From: Glycera tridactyla | Lineage: Eukaryota | NCBI GenBank assembly: GCA_965644265.1 | Contig: OZ286469.1 | Span: forward strand, 62,868,001-62,932,000 | DNA length: 64,000 bases | Reading direction: 5' to 3' | In this document: positions 21,558 to 35,164 of the stretch, piece by piece | Position numbering within the stretch: position 1 is the first letter of the stretch | Layout: each line of letters starts with the position of its first letter | Position numbers and translations under genes: made by a program | Notes under the pieces: generated by a model | What the model was told of the DNA's origin: nothing | What the model saw: only the letters and a program-made list of their open reading frames with translations | Database searches by the model: none

Positions 21558-23716
21558 GTGTGTGTGTGTGTGTATGTGTGTGCCAGTGGCTCTTGATGAT
21601 AGGCTCGGTGTGCCCGAGTACTCTGTAGCTTGTATGTGGTAGTGTGGCACCTGGTGGTAGTTGCATGCATCATATTTGATCGTATGGGTTTTGTGCAATA
21701 TGTGTGGCTTTGTTTACACACACACCTGTCATTTTATCTGGTTATTCTATACTGTGGAAAAATTAATTTTGGAATATTCACTATGCAGGTCTCTTGTCTT
21801 TATTGCCTGTCACTCAGCTGACCTCTACATGTGCCCCTCTCTATCTATTGAGATGCTCCAGGTGCAAAACTGGCTTTCTTGATTAAAATGTGTTCCCTCA
21901 ATCCATGCTTTTCGGAATGTGTTTTCTTCAGCTGGAAAAGAGTCACCTCAATCTCAATAGGAGTAAAGAAGTGGTTACTCCCGTTTCCAATTAAGAGTTG
22001 AGAGGTTGGTTGTTGGTTGGTTGGTCCTGGTTTAACGTCTTGTCAGCACCATCTGGGCTATATTGTGATGCCCATGCAATGGTCATGTTCAGGATCCTCC
22101 AAGAGCGACATTCTAATCCAAGAGAAAATTTGTACTAATGGAGACCATAGGATCCCTGCCGCCACCTACCCATGTCCATGTATGCACCCCAGCATTCAAA
22201 CTATTCTGCCCCTACCATAGAATTAACACGCCCCCTGCAAATGTGTGGCCACTCAAGTATGTGCTGCATGCATTAGATGGTTTGTTGTTTGTTTGTTTGT
22301 TTTAGTTTAACGTCACTTAAACCCGCTTGGGTTATATCGGACTGAAAAACTGAAAATGCTGAAGAAAAAGAGTCACTGCATGCCGGGGGCCGTCCCTACT
22401 CTTTGCGAAAGACAGCAGTGGATCTTTAACGTGCGTGAAGGAAAAGGCTCCTAAATACACGGCCGGCCTTTGATATCCCAGTCGGCATGCACTGGGTTTG
22501 CATTAGATGGATCATCACCAATCAGATCATCTTGATCATCACCAATCAGATCATCTTGGAACCAAACAGTTCTTGTTGAAAAGAAAGGATGACCAAACAT
22601 GATGATCTACATATCCGGAAGGTTCTGCACATCTCTGATAGGACCTAATACACTGAATCCTGACCCACTTAATTTTCCTACCATATTGTCAAGTTGTGTG
22701 TGTGTGTGTGTGTGTGTACATTTAGCTGCTCAATCGTGCCTATATCTTCAACTGATCTGAATGTACATTGATATGGCTGAAGGTACGACTGGTCAGAAAC
22801 TCATATAGGGCAAAGTTTCTGAGCATGATGGCGGATCCACTCGGGGATTGTGCCCCTGATCGAACATGCTGACTGGCTGAGACCTGCGAAACTATCATAT
22901 CATCTACATATCAGAATTCACCAATCACATTGCATGTAAGATGGTGCATTGGCGCAGAAGGCTTGTTGTAAAAAATATGAAGCAGGGCACTGCAATTGGG
23001 ATATATTTCAGTAAAACTAGGGATGCATCAATAGATTTCGGCTTAGAAATAAAGTCATCTACCCAGGGAGATAAGTTGATATATAAATAGTACATTTGAA
23101 CCTGTTTACATAACCTTTCAATGTGACCGAGAGTGGGCTGTTTCTGCATGCAGGTGACGATTGTAGCAGAAGAGCTGTCATCACAATTGTAGTGTATGTA
23201 GTGTGATATGTGTGATTTCTTTCTAAAGTGTAACCATTCCGTTTTCCGGTTATGTCAAGTATCGTCAGTTCACCTCACTCCGAGGTGTTATATAACAGTT
23301 TTAAAGTAGCGCTGCGAACACCACCTCGAGATTATTCGCCTTGCTCAGGGTGTTAGGATAGGCGAGTGCTCGCTCAGTTTACCTCACTCTGAGGTGTTAT
23401 ATAACCGTTCTTTATGTAGTTCTGCTAACACCTTGAGAATACTCGCCTAGCTCAAGGTGTTAGGATAGGCGAGTGCTCGCTTAGTCTAGGCGTTAAATGT
23501 CAGCTTGCCGGCTGGCTAGTGGCTCTGGCCTGGCTGTGAGTGGCTGCTCACCGTGTTAACACCTGGGCGGCTTCAGCCAATGAGCGCTAACTAGTGGGCA
23601 TAAAACCGGCTGTTTTTCCCTAATTCATCAGTCATACCCTGTGAAGACTCCAGCTTCCAGTGTCTACTACTGCTACTACATTGCGTCTACCTCTGCTACA
23701 TCTGCTATCGTCTACT

Positions 23717-24820
23717 ATGGAGTCAACAGCTGCCCTTCATCTTGCACCTGGTGGAATGCCCAGCAAGCTTGCCATGCGGGAGAAGCGACAAAGGCAGAAT
23801 TTGAAGGCTCGGAGGGCTGCTATTTTCGAGCAGGCTGCTGCTACCTCCGAGCTGATGAGAGTACGGGCTGCTGCTGCCAGTGTCACCACTTCGTCTGCTG
23901 CCATTTCAAGTGCTACTACTTCTACTGCTGCTACTCCTACTGTCGGTGAGCCTAGTTCCTCTACTGCCGTTTCAAGTGCTACTACTCCTACTGCTGCTAC
24001 TACTGCCTCTTCTACCCCTACCGCTACGCCTGGATCTGCTGCTACGATTTCTACTCAGACAGCCGCCGACTCGACAACCATCTCTACACAGACTTCCGAC
24101 ATGGGAACTAGAGTCATCTCTACTCAGATTGCTGCGTTGCCTATTCTGTCCACGACTGCAGCTACCTCCGCTTCGTCTGCTTCGAGTGTCCCCCAGACCC
24201 AGGTGCTCATCATGGGAAGCTCACACGTCGCCCGTATTCCCCTTTCAGCTTTAGACGGAGCGACCAATGTGACTTTGGCCGGGCGAGAGGGATTTACCTG
24301 GTCGGAAGCCTTGCAAGTCCTGCAGGGAAAGAAGGAGCCGTCACGTGGAGATCTCTCTTCTACCTCCATCCGTGACCTAATTCTTAAGTGCAGCGTTTGT
24401 GTGTTTATTTATGGATCTAATGATCTCGCTCGTAGATTTTTCGACGTAGAGAGTGGCAGAAATCGTTTTGCCACCTCAAGTTAGGTCATTCATGACATGA
24501 ACTCCTTCTTATCGTATGTCGAATACCTGCATGTGAAGTCTGGGCTGCCTATGCCTAGAATTCATGTTCTGAGCATTTTGACGCGTCCGGATTGGGATCA
24601 GGAGCGGGTGAGGGCGGCCTGGCATGTGAATGAGGGAGTGGCTGCTCATCCCAGTGTAACGTCTTTGGTGGTGCCCGCCTGGTTCCATCCGGACGCACAT
24701 ATTCGACCAACTACAGCTAAGGGTACTAAAGATAACAAGCATCTATATCAGCATCTGTATCCGGAGTTGTTGTATTCGATCAAGAGGGAGGTTAGAGCTT
24801 TCTCCCCTGGAGACTGGTGA
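23717..24820 (+). pseudogene. SGNH hydrolase copy A8 with nonsense codon
   Basis: GAG>TAG at 24482-24484 truncates the protein before the DxxH block. Confidence 0.8.
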
Positions 24821-27111
24821 ACATTCTATTTCTGCCTGTATGTCTGTTGTCTGTAAATATCCGTGCATAATATATAATCTAATGAGGCATTCGTGTTCTG
24901 GTTCTGTGTTTTTGTGTGTGATGGGTTTGTGTGTGTGTGTGTGTGCGTGTGTGTGTGGGTGTGTGTGTATGTGTGTGCCAGTGGCTCTTGATGATAGGCT
25001 CGGTGTGCCCGAGTACTCTGTAGCTTGTATGTGGTAGTGTGGCACCTGGTGGTAGTTGCATGCATCATATTTGATCGTATGGGTTTTGTGCAATATGTGT
25101 GGCTTTGTTTACACACACACCTGTCATTTTATCTGGTTATTCTATACTGTGGAAAAATTAATTTTGGAATATTCACTATGCAGGTCTCTTGTCTTTATTG
25201 CCTGTCACTCAGCTGACCTCTACATGTGCCCCTCTCTATCTATTGAGATGCTCCAGGTGCAAAACTGGCTTTCTTGATTAAAATGTGTTCCCTCAATCCA
25301 TGCCTTTCGGAATGTGTTTTCCTCAGCTGGAAAAGAGTCACCTCAATCTCAATAGGAGTAAAGAAGTGGTTACTCCCGTTTCCAATTAAGAGTTGAGAGG
25401 TTGGTTGTTGGTTGGTTGGTCCTGGTTTAACGTCTTGTCAGCACCATCTGGGCTATATTGTGACGCCCATGCAATGGTCATGTTCAGGATCCTCCAAGAG
25501 CGACATTCTAATCCAAGAGAAAATTTGTACTAATGGAGACCATAGGATCCCTGCCGCCACCTACCCATGTCCATGTATGCACCCCAGCATTCAAACTATT
25601 CTGCCCCTACCATAGAATTAACACGCCCCCTGCAAATGTGTGGCCACTCAAGTATGTGCTGCATGCATTAGATGGTTTGTTGTTTGTTCGTTTGTTTTAG
25701 TTTAACGTCACTTAAACCCGCTTGGGTTATATCGGACTGAAAAACTGAAAATGCTGAAGAAAAAGAGTCACTGCATGCCGGGGGCCGTCCCTACTCTTTG
25801 CGAAAGACAGCAGTGGATCTTTAACGTGCGTGAAGGAAAAGGCTCCTAAATACACGGCCGGCCTTTGATATCCCAGTCGGCATGCACTGGGTTTGCATTA
25901 GATGGATCATCACCAATCAGATCATCTTGATCATCACCAATCAGATCATCTTGGAACCAAACAGTTCTTGTTGAAAAGAAAGGATGACCAAACATGATGA
26001 TCTACATATCCGGAAGGTTCTGCACATCTCTGATAGGACCTAATACACTGAATCCTGACCCACTTAATTTTCCTACCATATTGTCAAGTTGTGTGTGTGT
26101 GTGTGTGTGTGTACATTTAGCTGCTCAATCGTGCCTATATCTTCAACTGATCTGAATGTACATTGATATGGCTGAAGGTACGACTGGTCAGAAACTCATA
26201 TAGGGCAAAGTTTCTGAGCATGATGGCGGATCCACTCGGGGATTGTGCCCCTGATCGAACATGCTGACTGGCTGAGACCTGCGAAACTATCATATCATCT
26301 ACATATCAGAATTCACCAATCACATTGCATGTAAGATGGTGCATTGGCGCAGAAGGCTTGTTGTAAAAAATATGAAGCAGGGCACTGCAATTGGGATATA
26401 TTTCAGTAAAACTAGGGATGCATCAATAGATTTCGGCTTAGAAATAAAGTCATCTACCCAGGGAGATAAGTTGATATATAAATAGTACATTTGAACCTGT
26501 TTACATAACCTTTCAATGTGACCGAGAGTGGGCTGTTTCTGCATGCAGGTGACGATTGTAGCAGAAGAGCTGTCATCACAATTGTAGTGTATGTAGTGTG
26601 ATATGTGTGATTTCTTTCTAAAGTGTAACCATTCCGTTTTCCGGTTATGTCAAGTATCGTCAGTTCACCTCACTCCGAGGTGTTATATAACAGTTTTAAA
26701 GTAGCGCTGCGAACACCACCTCGAGATTATTCGCCTTGCTCAGGGTGTTAGGATAGGCGAGTGCTCGCTCAGTTTACCTCACTCTGAGGTGTTATATAAC
26801 CGTTCTTTATGTAGTTCTGCTAACACCTTGAGAATACTTGCCTAGCTCAAGGTGTTAGGATAGGCGAGTGCTCGCTTAGTCTAGGCGTTAAATGTCAGCT
26901 TGCCGGCTGGCTAGTGGCTCTGGCCTGGCTGTGAGTGGCTGCTCACCGTGTTAACACCTGGGCGGCTTCAGCCAATGAGCGCTAACTAGTGGGCATAAAA
27001 CCGGCTGTTTTTCCCTAATTCATCAGTCATACCCTGTGAAGACTCCAGCTTCCAGTGTCTACTACTGCTACTACATTGCGTCTACCTCTGCTACATCTGC
27101 TATCGTCTACT

Positions 27112-28215
27112 ATGGAGTCAACAGCTGCCCTTCATCTTGCACCTGGTGGAATGCCCAGCAAGCTTGCCATGCGGGAGAAGCGACAAAGGCAGAATTTGAA
27201 GGCTCGGAGGGCTGCTATTTTCGAGCAGGCTGCTGCTACCTCCGAGCTGATGAGAGTACGGGCTGCTGCTGCCAGTGTCACCACTTCGTCTGCTGCCATT
27301 TCAAGTGCTACTACTTCTACTGCTGCTACTCCTACTGTCGGTGAGCCTAGTTCCTCTACTGCCGTTTCAAGTGCTACTACTCCTACTGCTGCTACTACTG
27401 CCTCTTCTACCCCTACCGCTACGCCTGGATCTGCTGCTACGATTTCTACTCAGACAGCCGCCGACTCGACAACCATCTCTACACAGACTTCCGACATGGG
27501 AACTAGAGTCATCTCTACTCAGATTGCTGCGTTGCCTATTCTGTCCACGACTGCAGCTACCTCCGCTTCGTCTGCTTCGAGTGTCCCCCAGACCCAGGTG
27601 CTCATCATGGGAAGCTCACACGTCGCCCGTATTCCCCTTTCAGCTTTAGACGGAGCGACCAATGTGACTTTGGCCGGGCGAGAGGGATTTACCTGGTCGG
27701 AAGCCTTGCAAGTCCTGCAGGGAAAGAAGGAGCCGTCACGTGGAGATCTCTCTTCTACCTCCATCCGTGACCTAATTCTTAAGTGCAGCGTTTGTGTGTT
27801 TATTTATGGATCTAATGATCTCGCTCGTAGATTTTTCGACGTAGAGAGTGGCAGAAATCGTTTTGCCACCTCAAGTGAGGTCATTCATGACATGAACTCC
27901 TTCTTATCGTATGTCGAATACCTGCATGTGAAGTCTGGGCTGCCTATGCCTAGAATTCATGTTCTGAGCATTTTGACGCGTCCGGATTGGGATCAGGAGC
28001 GGGTGAGGGCGGCCTGGCATGTGAATGAGGGAGTGGCTGCTCATCCCAGTGTAACGTCTTTGGTGGTGCCCGCCTGGTTCCATCCGGACGCACATATTCG
28101 ACCAACTACAGCTAAGGGTACTAAAGATAACAAGCATCTATATCAGCATCTGTATCCGGAGTTGTTGTATTCGATCAAGAGGGAGGTTAGAGCTTTCTCC
28201 CCTGGAGACTGGTGA
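27112..28215 (+). CDS. SGNH hydrolase-domain protein, copy A9
   Basis: Intact 367-aa frame. Confidence 0.85.
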   Translation: MESTAALHLAPGGMPSKLAMREKRQRQNLKARRAAIFEQAAATSELMRVRAAAASVTTSSAAISSATTSTAATPTVGEPSSSTAVSSATTPTAATTASSTPTATPGSAATISTQTAADSTTISTQTSDMGTRVISTQIAALPILSTTAATSASSASSVPQTQVLIMGSSHVARIPLSALDGATNVTLAGREGFTWSEALQVLQGKKEPSRGDLSSTSIRDLILKCSVCVFIYGSNDLARRFFDVESGRNRFATSSEVIHDMNSFLSYVEYLHVKSGLPMPRIHVLSILTRPDWDQERVRAAWHVNEGVAAHPSVTSLVVPAWFHPDAHIRPTTAKGTKDNKHLYQHLYPELLYSIKREVRAFSPGDW

Positions 28216-30526
28216 ACATTCTATTTCTGCCTGTATGTCTGTTGTCTGTAAATATCCGTGCATAATATATAATCTAATGAGGCATTCGTGTTCTGGTTCT
28301 GTGTTTTTGTGTGTGATGGGTTTGTGTGTGTGTGTGTGTGCGTGTGTGTGTGGGTGTGTGTGTATGTGTGTGCCAGTGGCTCTTGATGATAGGCTCGGTG
28401 TGCCTGAGTACTCTGTAGCTTGTATGTGGTAGTGTGGCACCTGGTGGTAGTTGCATGCATCATATTTGATCGTATGGGTTTTTTGCAATATGTGTGGCTT
28501 TGTTTACACACACACCTGTCATTTTATCTGGTTATTCTATACTGTGGAAAAATTAATTTTGGAATATTCACTATGCAGGTCTCTTGTCTTTATTGCCTGT
28601 CACTCAGCTGACCTCTACATGTGCCCCTCTCTATCTATTGAGATGCTCCAGGTGCAAAACTGGCTTTCTTGATTAAAATGTGTTCCCTCAATCCATGCCT
28701 TTCGGAATGTGTTTTCCTCAGCTGGAAAAGAGTCACCTCAATCTCAATAGGAGTAAAGAAGTGGTTACTCCCGTTTCCAATTAAGAGTTGAGAGGTTGGT
28801 TGTTGGTTGGTTGGTCCTGGTTTAACGTCTTGTCAGCACCATCTGGGCTATATTGTGACGCCCATGCAATGGTCATGTTCAGGATCCTCCAAGAGCGACA
28901 TTCTAATCCAAGAGAAAATTTGTACTAATGGAGACCATAGGATCCCTGCCGCCACCTACCCATGTCCATGTATGCACCCCAGCATTCAAACTATTCTGCC
29001 CCTACCATAGAATTAACACGCCCCCTGCAAATGTGTGGCCACTCAAGTATGTGCTGCATGCATTAGATAGTTTGTTGTTTGTTTGTTTGTTTTAGTTTAA
29101 CGTCACTTAAACCCGCTTGGGTTATATCGGACTGAAAAACTGAAAATGCTGAAGAAAAAGAGTCACTGCATGCCGGGGGCCGTCCCTACTCTTTGCAAAA
29201 GACAGCAGTGGATCTTTAACGTGCATGAAGGAAAAGGCTCCTAAATACACGGCCGGCCTTTGATATCCCAGTCGGCATGCACTGGGTTTGCATTAGATGG
29301 ATCATCACCAATCAGATCATCTTGATCATCACCAATCAGATCATCTTGGAACCAAACAGTTCTTGTTGAAAAGAAAGGATGACCAAACATGATGATCTAC
29401 ATATCCGGAAGGTTCTGCACATCTCTGATAGGACCTAATACACTGAATCCTGACCCACTTAATTTTCCTACCATATTGTCAAGTTGTGTGTGTGTGTGTG
29501 TGTGTGTGTACATTTAGCTGCTCAATCGTGCCTATATCTTCAACTGATCTGAATGTACATTGATATGGCTGAAGGTACGACTGGTCAGAAACTCATATAG
29601 GGCAAAGTTTCTGAGCATGATGGCGGATCCACTCGGGGATTGTGCCCCTGATCGAACATGCTGACTGGCTGAGACCTGCGAAACTATCATATCATCTACA
29701 TATCAGAATTCACCAATCACATTGCATGTAAGATGGTGCATTGGCGCAGAAGGCTTGTTGTAAAAAATATGAAGCAGGGCACTGCAGTTGGGATATATTT
29801 CAGTAAAACTAGGGATGCATCAATAGATTTCGGCTTAGAAATAAAGTCATCTACCCAGGGAGATAAGTTGATATATAAATAGTACATTTGAACCTGTTTA
29901 CATAACCTTTCAATGTGACCGAGAGTGGGCTGTTTCTGCATGCAGGTGACGATTGTAGCAGAAGAGCTGTCATCACAATTGTAGTGTATGTAGTGTGATA
30001 TGTGTGATTTCTTTCTAAAGTGTAACCATTCCGTTTTCCGGTTATGTCAAGTATCGTCAGTTCACCTCACTCCGAGGTGTTATATAACAGTTTTAAAGTA
30101 GCGCTGCGAACACCACCTCGAGATTATTTGCCTTGCTCAGGGTGTTAGGATAGGCGAGTGCTCGCTCAGTTTACCTCACTCTGAGGTGTTATATAACCGT
30201 TCTTTATGTAGTTCTGCTAACACCTTGAGAATACTCGCCTAGCTCAAGGTGTTAGGATAGGCGAGTGCTCGCTTAGTCTAGGCGTTAAATGTCAGCTTGC
30301 CGGCTGGCTAGTGGCTCTGGCCCGGCTGTGAGTGGCTCTGGCCTGGCTGTGAGTGGCTGCTCACCGTGTTAACACCTGGGCGGCTTCAGCCAATGAGCGC
30401 TAACTAGTGGGCATAAAACCGGCTGTTTTTCCCTAATTCAGTCATACCCTGTGAAGACTCCAGCTTCCAGTGTCTACTACTGCTACTACATTGCGTCTAC
30501 CTCTGCTACATCTGCTATCGTCTACT

Positions 30527-31630
30527 ATGGAGTCAACAGCTGCCCTTCATCTTGCACCTGGTGGAATGCCCAGCAAGCTTGCCATGCGGGAGAAGCGACA
30601 AAGGCAGAATTTGAAGGCTCGGAGGGCTGCTATTTTCGAGCAGGCTGCTGCTACCTCCGAGCTGATGAGAGTACGGGCTGCTGCTGCCAGTGTCACCACT
30701 TCGTCTGCTGCCATTTCAAGTGCTACTACTTCTACTGCTGCTACTCCTACTGTCGGTGAGCCTAGTTCCTCTACTGCCGTTTCAAGTGCTACTACTCCTA
30801 CTGCTGCTACTACTGCCTCTTCTACCCCTACCGCTACGCCTGGATCTGCTGCTACGATTTCTACTCAGACAGCCGCCGACTCGACAACCATCTCTACACA
30901 GACTTCCGACATGGGAACTAGAGTCATCTCTACTCAGACTGCTGCGTTGCCTATTCTGTCCACGACTGCAGCTACCTCCGCTTCGTCTGCTTCGAGTGTC
31001 CCCCAGACCCAGGTGCTCATCATGGGAAGCTCACACGTCGCCCGTATTCCCCTTTCAGCTTTAGACGGAGCGACCAATGTGACTTTGGCCGGGCGAGAGG
31101 GATTTACCTGGTCGGAAGCCTTGCAAGTCCTGCAGGGAAAGAAGGAGCCGTCACGTGGAGATCTCTCTTCTACCTCCATCCGTGACCTAATTCTTAAGTG
31201 CAGCGTTTGTGTGTTTATTTATGGATCTAATGATCTCGCTCGTAGATTTTTCGACGTAGAGAGTGGCAGAAATCGTTTTGCCACCTCAAGTGAGGTCATT
31301 CATGACATGAACTCCTTCTTATCGTATGTCGAATACCTGCGTGTGAAGTCTGGGCTGCCTATGCCGAGAATTCATGTTCTGAGCATTTTGACGCGTCCGG
31401 ATTGGGATCAGGAGCGGGTGAGGGCGGCCTGGCATGTGAATGAGGGAGTGGCTGCTCATCCCAGTGTAACGTCTTTGGTGGTGCCCGCCTGGTTCCATCC
31501 GGACGCACATATTCGACCAACTACAGCTAAGGGTACTAAAGATAACAAGCATCTATATCAGCATCTGTATCCGGAGTTGTTGTATTCGATCAAGAGGGAG
31601 GTTAGAGCTTTCTCCCCTGGAGACTGGTGA
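30527..31630 (+). CDS. SGNH hydrolase-domain protein, copy A10
   Basis: Intact 367-aa frame. Confidence 0.85.
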   Translation: MESTAALHLAPGGMPSKLAMREKRQRQNLKARRAAIFEQAAATSELMRVRAAAASVTTSSAAISSATTSTAATPTVGEPSSSTAVSSATTPTAATTASSTPTATPGSAATISTQTAADSTTISTQTSDMGTRVISTQTAALPILSTTAATSASSASSVPQTQVLIMGSSHVARIPLSALDGATNVTLAGREGFTWSEALQVLQGKKEPSRGDLSSTSIRDLILKCSVCVFIYGSNDLARRFFDVESGRNRFATSSEVIHDMNSFLSYVEYLRVKSGLPMPRIHVLSILTRPDWDQERVRAAWHVNEGVAAHPSVTSLVVPAWFHPDAHIRPTTAKGTKDNKHLYQHLYPELLYSIKREVRAFSPGDW

Positions 31631-33918
31631 ACATTCTATTTCTGCCTGTATGTCTGTTGTCTGTAAATATCCGTGCATAATATATAATCTAATGAGGCAT
31701 TCGTGTTCTGGTTCTGTGTTTTTGTGTGTGATGGGTTTGTGTGTGTGTGTGTGTGCGTGTGTGTGTGTGTGTGTGTATGTGTGTGCCAGTGGCTCTTGAT
31801 GATAGGCTCGGTGTGCCCGAGTACTCTGTAGCTTGTATGTGGTAGTGTGGCACCTGGTGGTAGTTGCATGCATCATATTTGATCGTATGGGTTTTGTGCA
31901 ATATGTGTGGCTTTGTTTACACACACACCTGTCATTTTATCTGGTTATTCTATACTGTGGAAAAATTAATTTTGGAATATTCACTATGCAGGTCTCTTGT
32001 CTTTATTGCCTGTCACTCAGCTGACCTCTACATGTGCCCCTCTCTATCTATTGAGATGCTCCAGGTGCAAAACTGGCTTTCTTGATTAAAATGTGTTCCC
32101 TCAATCCATGCCTTTCGGAATGTGTTTTCCTCAGCTGGAAAAGAGTCACCCCAATCTCAATAGGAGTAAAGAAGTGGTTACTCCCGTTTCCAATTAAGAG
32201 TTGAGAGGTTGGTTGTTGGTTGGTTGGTCCTGGTTTAACGTCTTGTCAGCACCATCTGGGCTATATTGTGACGCCCATGCAATGGTCATGTTCAGGATCC
32301 TCCAAGAGCGACATTCTAATCCAAGAGAAAATTTGTACTAATGGAGACCATAGGATCCCTGCCGCCACCTACCCATGTCCATGTATGCACCCCAGCATTC
32401 AAACTATTCTGCCCCTACCATAGAATTAACACGCCCCCTGCAAATGTGTGGCCACTCAAGTATGTGCTGCATGCATTAGATGGTTTGTTGTTTGTTTGTT
32501 TGTTTTAGTTTAACGTCACTTAAACCCGCTTGGGTTATATCGGACTGAAAAACTGAAAATGCTGAAGAAAAAGAGTCACTGCATGCCGGGGCCGTCCCTA
32601 ATCTTTGCGAAAGACAGCAGTGGATCTTTAACGTGCGTGAAGGAAAAGGCTCCTAAATACACGGCCGGCCTTTGATATCCCAGTCGGCATGCACTGGGTT
32701 TGCATTAGATGGATCATCACCAATCAGATCATCTTGATCATCACCAATCAGATCATCTTGGAACCAAACAGTTCTTGTTGAAAAGAAAGGATGACCAAAC
32801 ATGATGATCTACATATCCGGAAGGTTCTGCACATCTCTGATAGGACCTAATACACTGAATCCTGACCCACTTAATTTTCCTACCATATTGTCAAGTTGTG
32901 TGTGTGTGTGTGTGTGTGTACATTTAGCTGCTCAATCGTGCCTATATCTTCAACTGATCTGAATGTACATTGATATGGCTGAAGGTACGACTGGTCAGAA
33001 ACTCATATAGGGCAAAGTTTCTGAGCATGATGGCGGATCCACTCGGGGATTGTGCCCCTGATCGAACATGCTGACTGGCTGAGACCTGCGAAACTATCAT
33101 ATCATCTACATATCAGAATTCACCAATCACATTGCATGTAAGATGGTGCATTGGCGCAGAAGGCTTGTTGTAAAAAATATGAAGCAGGGCACTGCAGTTG
33201 GGATATATTTCAGTAAAACTAGGGATGCATCAATAGATTTCGGCTTAGAAATAAAGTCATCTACCCAGGGAGATAAGTTGATATATAAATAGTACATTTG
33301 AACCTGTTTACATAACCTTTCAATGTGACCGAGAGTGGGCTGTTTCTGCATGCAGGTGACGATTGTAGCAGAAGAGCTGTCATCACAATTGTAGTGTATG
33401 TAGTGTGATATGTGTGATTTCTTTCTAAAGTGTAACCATTCCGTTTTCCGGTTATGTCAAGTATCGTCAGTTCACCTCACTCCGAGGTGTTATATAACAG
33501 TTTTAAAGTAGCGCTGCGAACACCACCTCGAGATTATTTGCCTTGCTCAGGGTGTTAGGATAGGCGAGTGCTCGCTCAGTTTACCTCACTCTGAGGTGTT
33601 ATATAACCGTTCTTTATGTAGTTCTGCTAACACCTTGAGAATACTCGCCTAGCTCAAGGTGTTAGGATAGGCGAGTGCTCGCTTAGTCTAGGCGTTAAAT
33701 GTCAGCTTGCCGGCTGGCTAGTGGCTCTGGCCTGGCTGTGAGTGGCTGCTCACCGTGTTAACACCTGGGCGGCTTCAGCCAATGAGCGCTAACTAGTGGG
33801 CATAAAACCGGCTGTTTTTCCCTAATTCATCAGTCATACCCTGTGAAGACTCCAGCTTCCAGTGTCTACTACTGCTACTACATTGCGTCTACCTCTGCTA
33901 CATCTGCTATCGTCTACT

Positions 33919-35022
33919 ATGGAGTCAACAGCTGCCCTTCATCTTGCACCTGGTGGAATGCCCAGCAAGCTTGCCATGCGGGAGAAGCGACAAAGGCAGA
34001 ATTTGAAGGCTCGGAGGGCTGCTATTTTCGAGCAGGCTGCTGCTACCTCCGAGCTGATGAGAGTACGGGCTGCTGCTGCCAGTGTCACCACTTCGTCTGC
34101 TGCCATTTCAAGTGCTACTACTTCTACTGCTGCTACTCCTACTGTCGGTGAGCCTAGTTCCTCTACTGCCGTTTCAAGTGCTACTACTCCTACTGCTGCT
34201 ACTACTGCCTCTTCTACCCCTACCGCTACGCCTGGATCTGCTGCTACGATTTCTACTCAGACAGCCGCCGACTCGACAACCATCTCTACACAGACTTCCG
34301 ACATGGGAACTAGAGTCATCTCTACTCAGATTGCTGCGTTGCCTATTCTGTCCACGACTGCAGCTACCTCCGCTTCGTCTGCTTCGAGTGTCCCCCAGAC
34401 CCAGGTGCTCATCATGGGAAGCTCACACGTCGCCCGTATTCCCCTTTCAGCTTTAGACGGAGCGACCAATGTGACTTTGGCCGGGCGAGAGGGATTTACC
34501 TGGTCGGAAGCCTTGCAAGTCCTGCAGGGAAAGAAGGAGCCGTCACGTGGAGATCTCTCTTCTACCTCCATCCGTGACCTAATTCTTAAGTGCAGCGTTT
34601 GTGTGTTTATTTATGGATCTAATGATCTCGCTCGTAGATTTTTCGACGTAGAGAGTGGCAGAAATCGTTTTGCCACCTCAAGTGAGGTCATTCATGACAT
34701 GAACTCCTTCTTATCGTATGTCGAATACCTGCATGTGAAGTCTGGGCTGCCTATGCCTAGAATTCATGTTCTGAGCATTTTGACGCGTCCGGATTGGGAT
34801 CAGGAGCGGGTGAGGGCGGCCTGGCATGTGAATGAGGGAGTGGCTGCTCATCCCAGTGTAACGTCTTTGGTGGTGCCCGCCTGGTTCCATCCGGACGCAC
34901 ATATTCGACCAACTACAGCTAAGGGTACTAAAGATAACAAGCATCTATATCAGCATCTGTATCCGGAGTTGTTGTATTCGATCAAGAGGGAGGTTAGAGC
35001 TTTCTCCCCTGGAGACTGGTGA
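33919..35022 (+). CDS. SGNH hydrolase-domain protein, copy A11
   Basis: Intact 367-aa frame. Confidence 0.85.
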   Translation: MESTAALHLAPGGMPSKLAMREKRQRQNLKARRAAIFEQAAATSELMRVRAAAASVTTSSAAISSATTSTAATPTVGEPSSSTAVSSATTPTAATTASSTPTATPGSAATISTQTAADSTTISTQTSDMGTRVISTQIAALPILSTTAATSASSASSVPQTQVLIMGSSHVARIPLSALDGATNVTLAGREGFTWSEALQVLQGKKEPSRGDLSSTSIRDLILKCSVCVFIYGSNDLARRFFDVESGRNRFATSSEVIHDMNSFLSYVEYLHVKSGLPMPRIHVLSILTRPDWDQERVRAAWHVNEGVAAHPSVTSLVVPAWFHPDAHIRPTTAKGTKDNKHLYQHLYPELLYSIKREVRAFSPGDW

Positions 35023-35126
35023 ACATTCTATTTCTGCCTGTATGTCTGTTGTCTGTAAATATCCGTGCATAATATATAATCTAATGAGGCATTCGTGTTC
35101 TGGTTCTGTGTTTTTGTGTGTGATGG

Positions 35127-35164
<38 letters not shown>

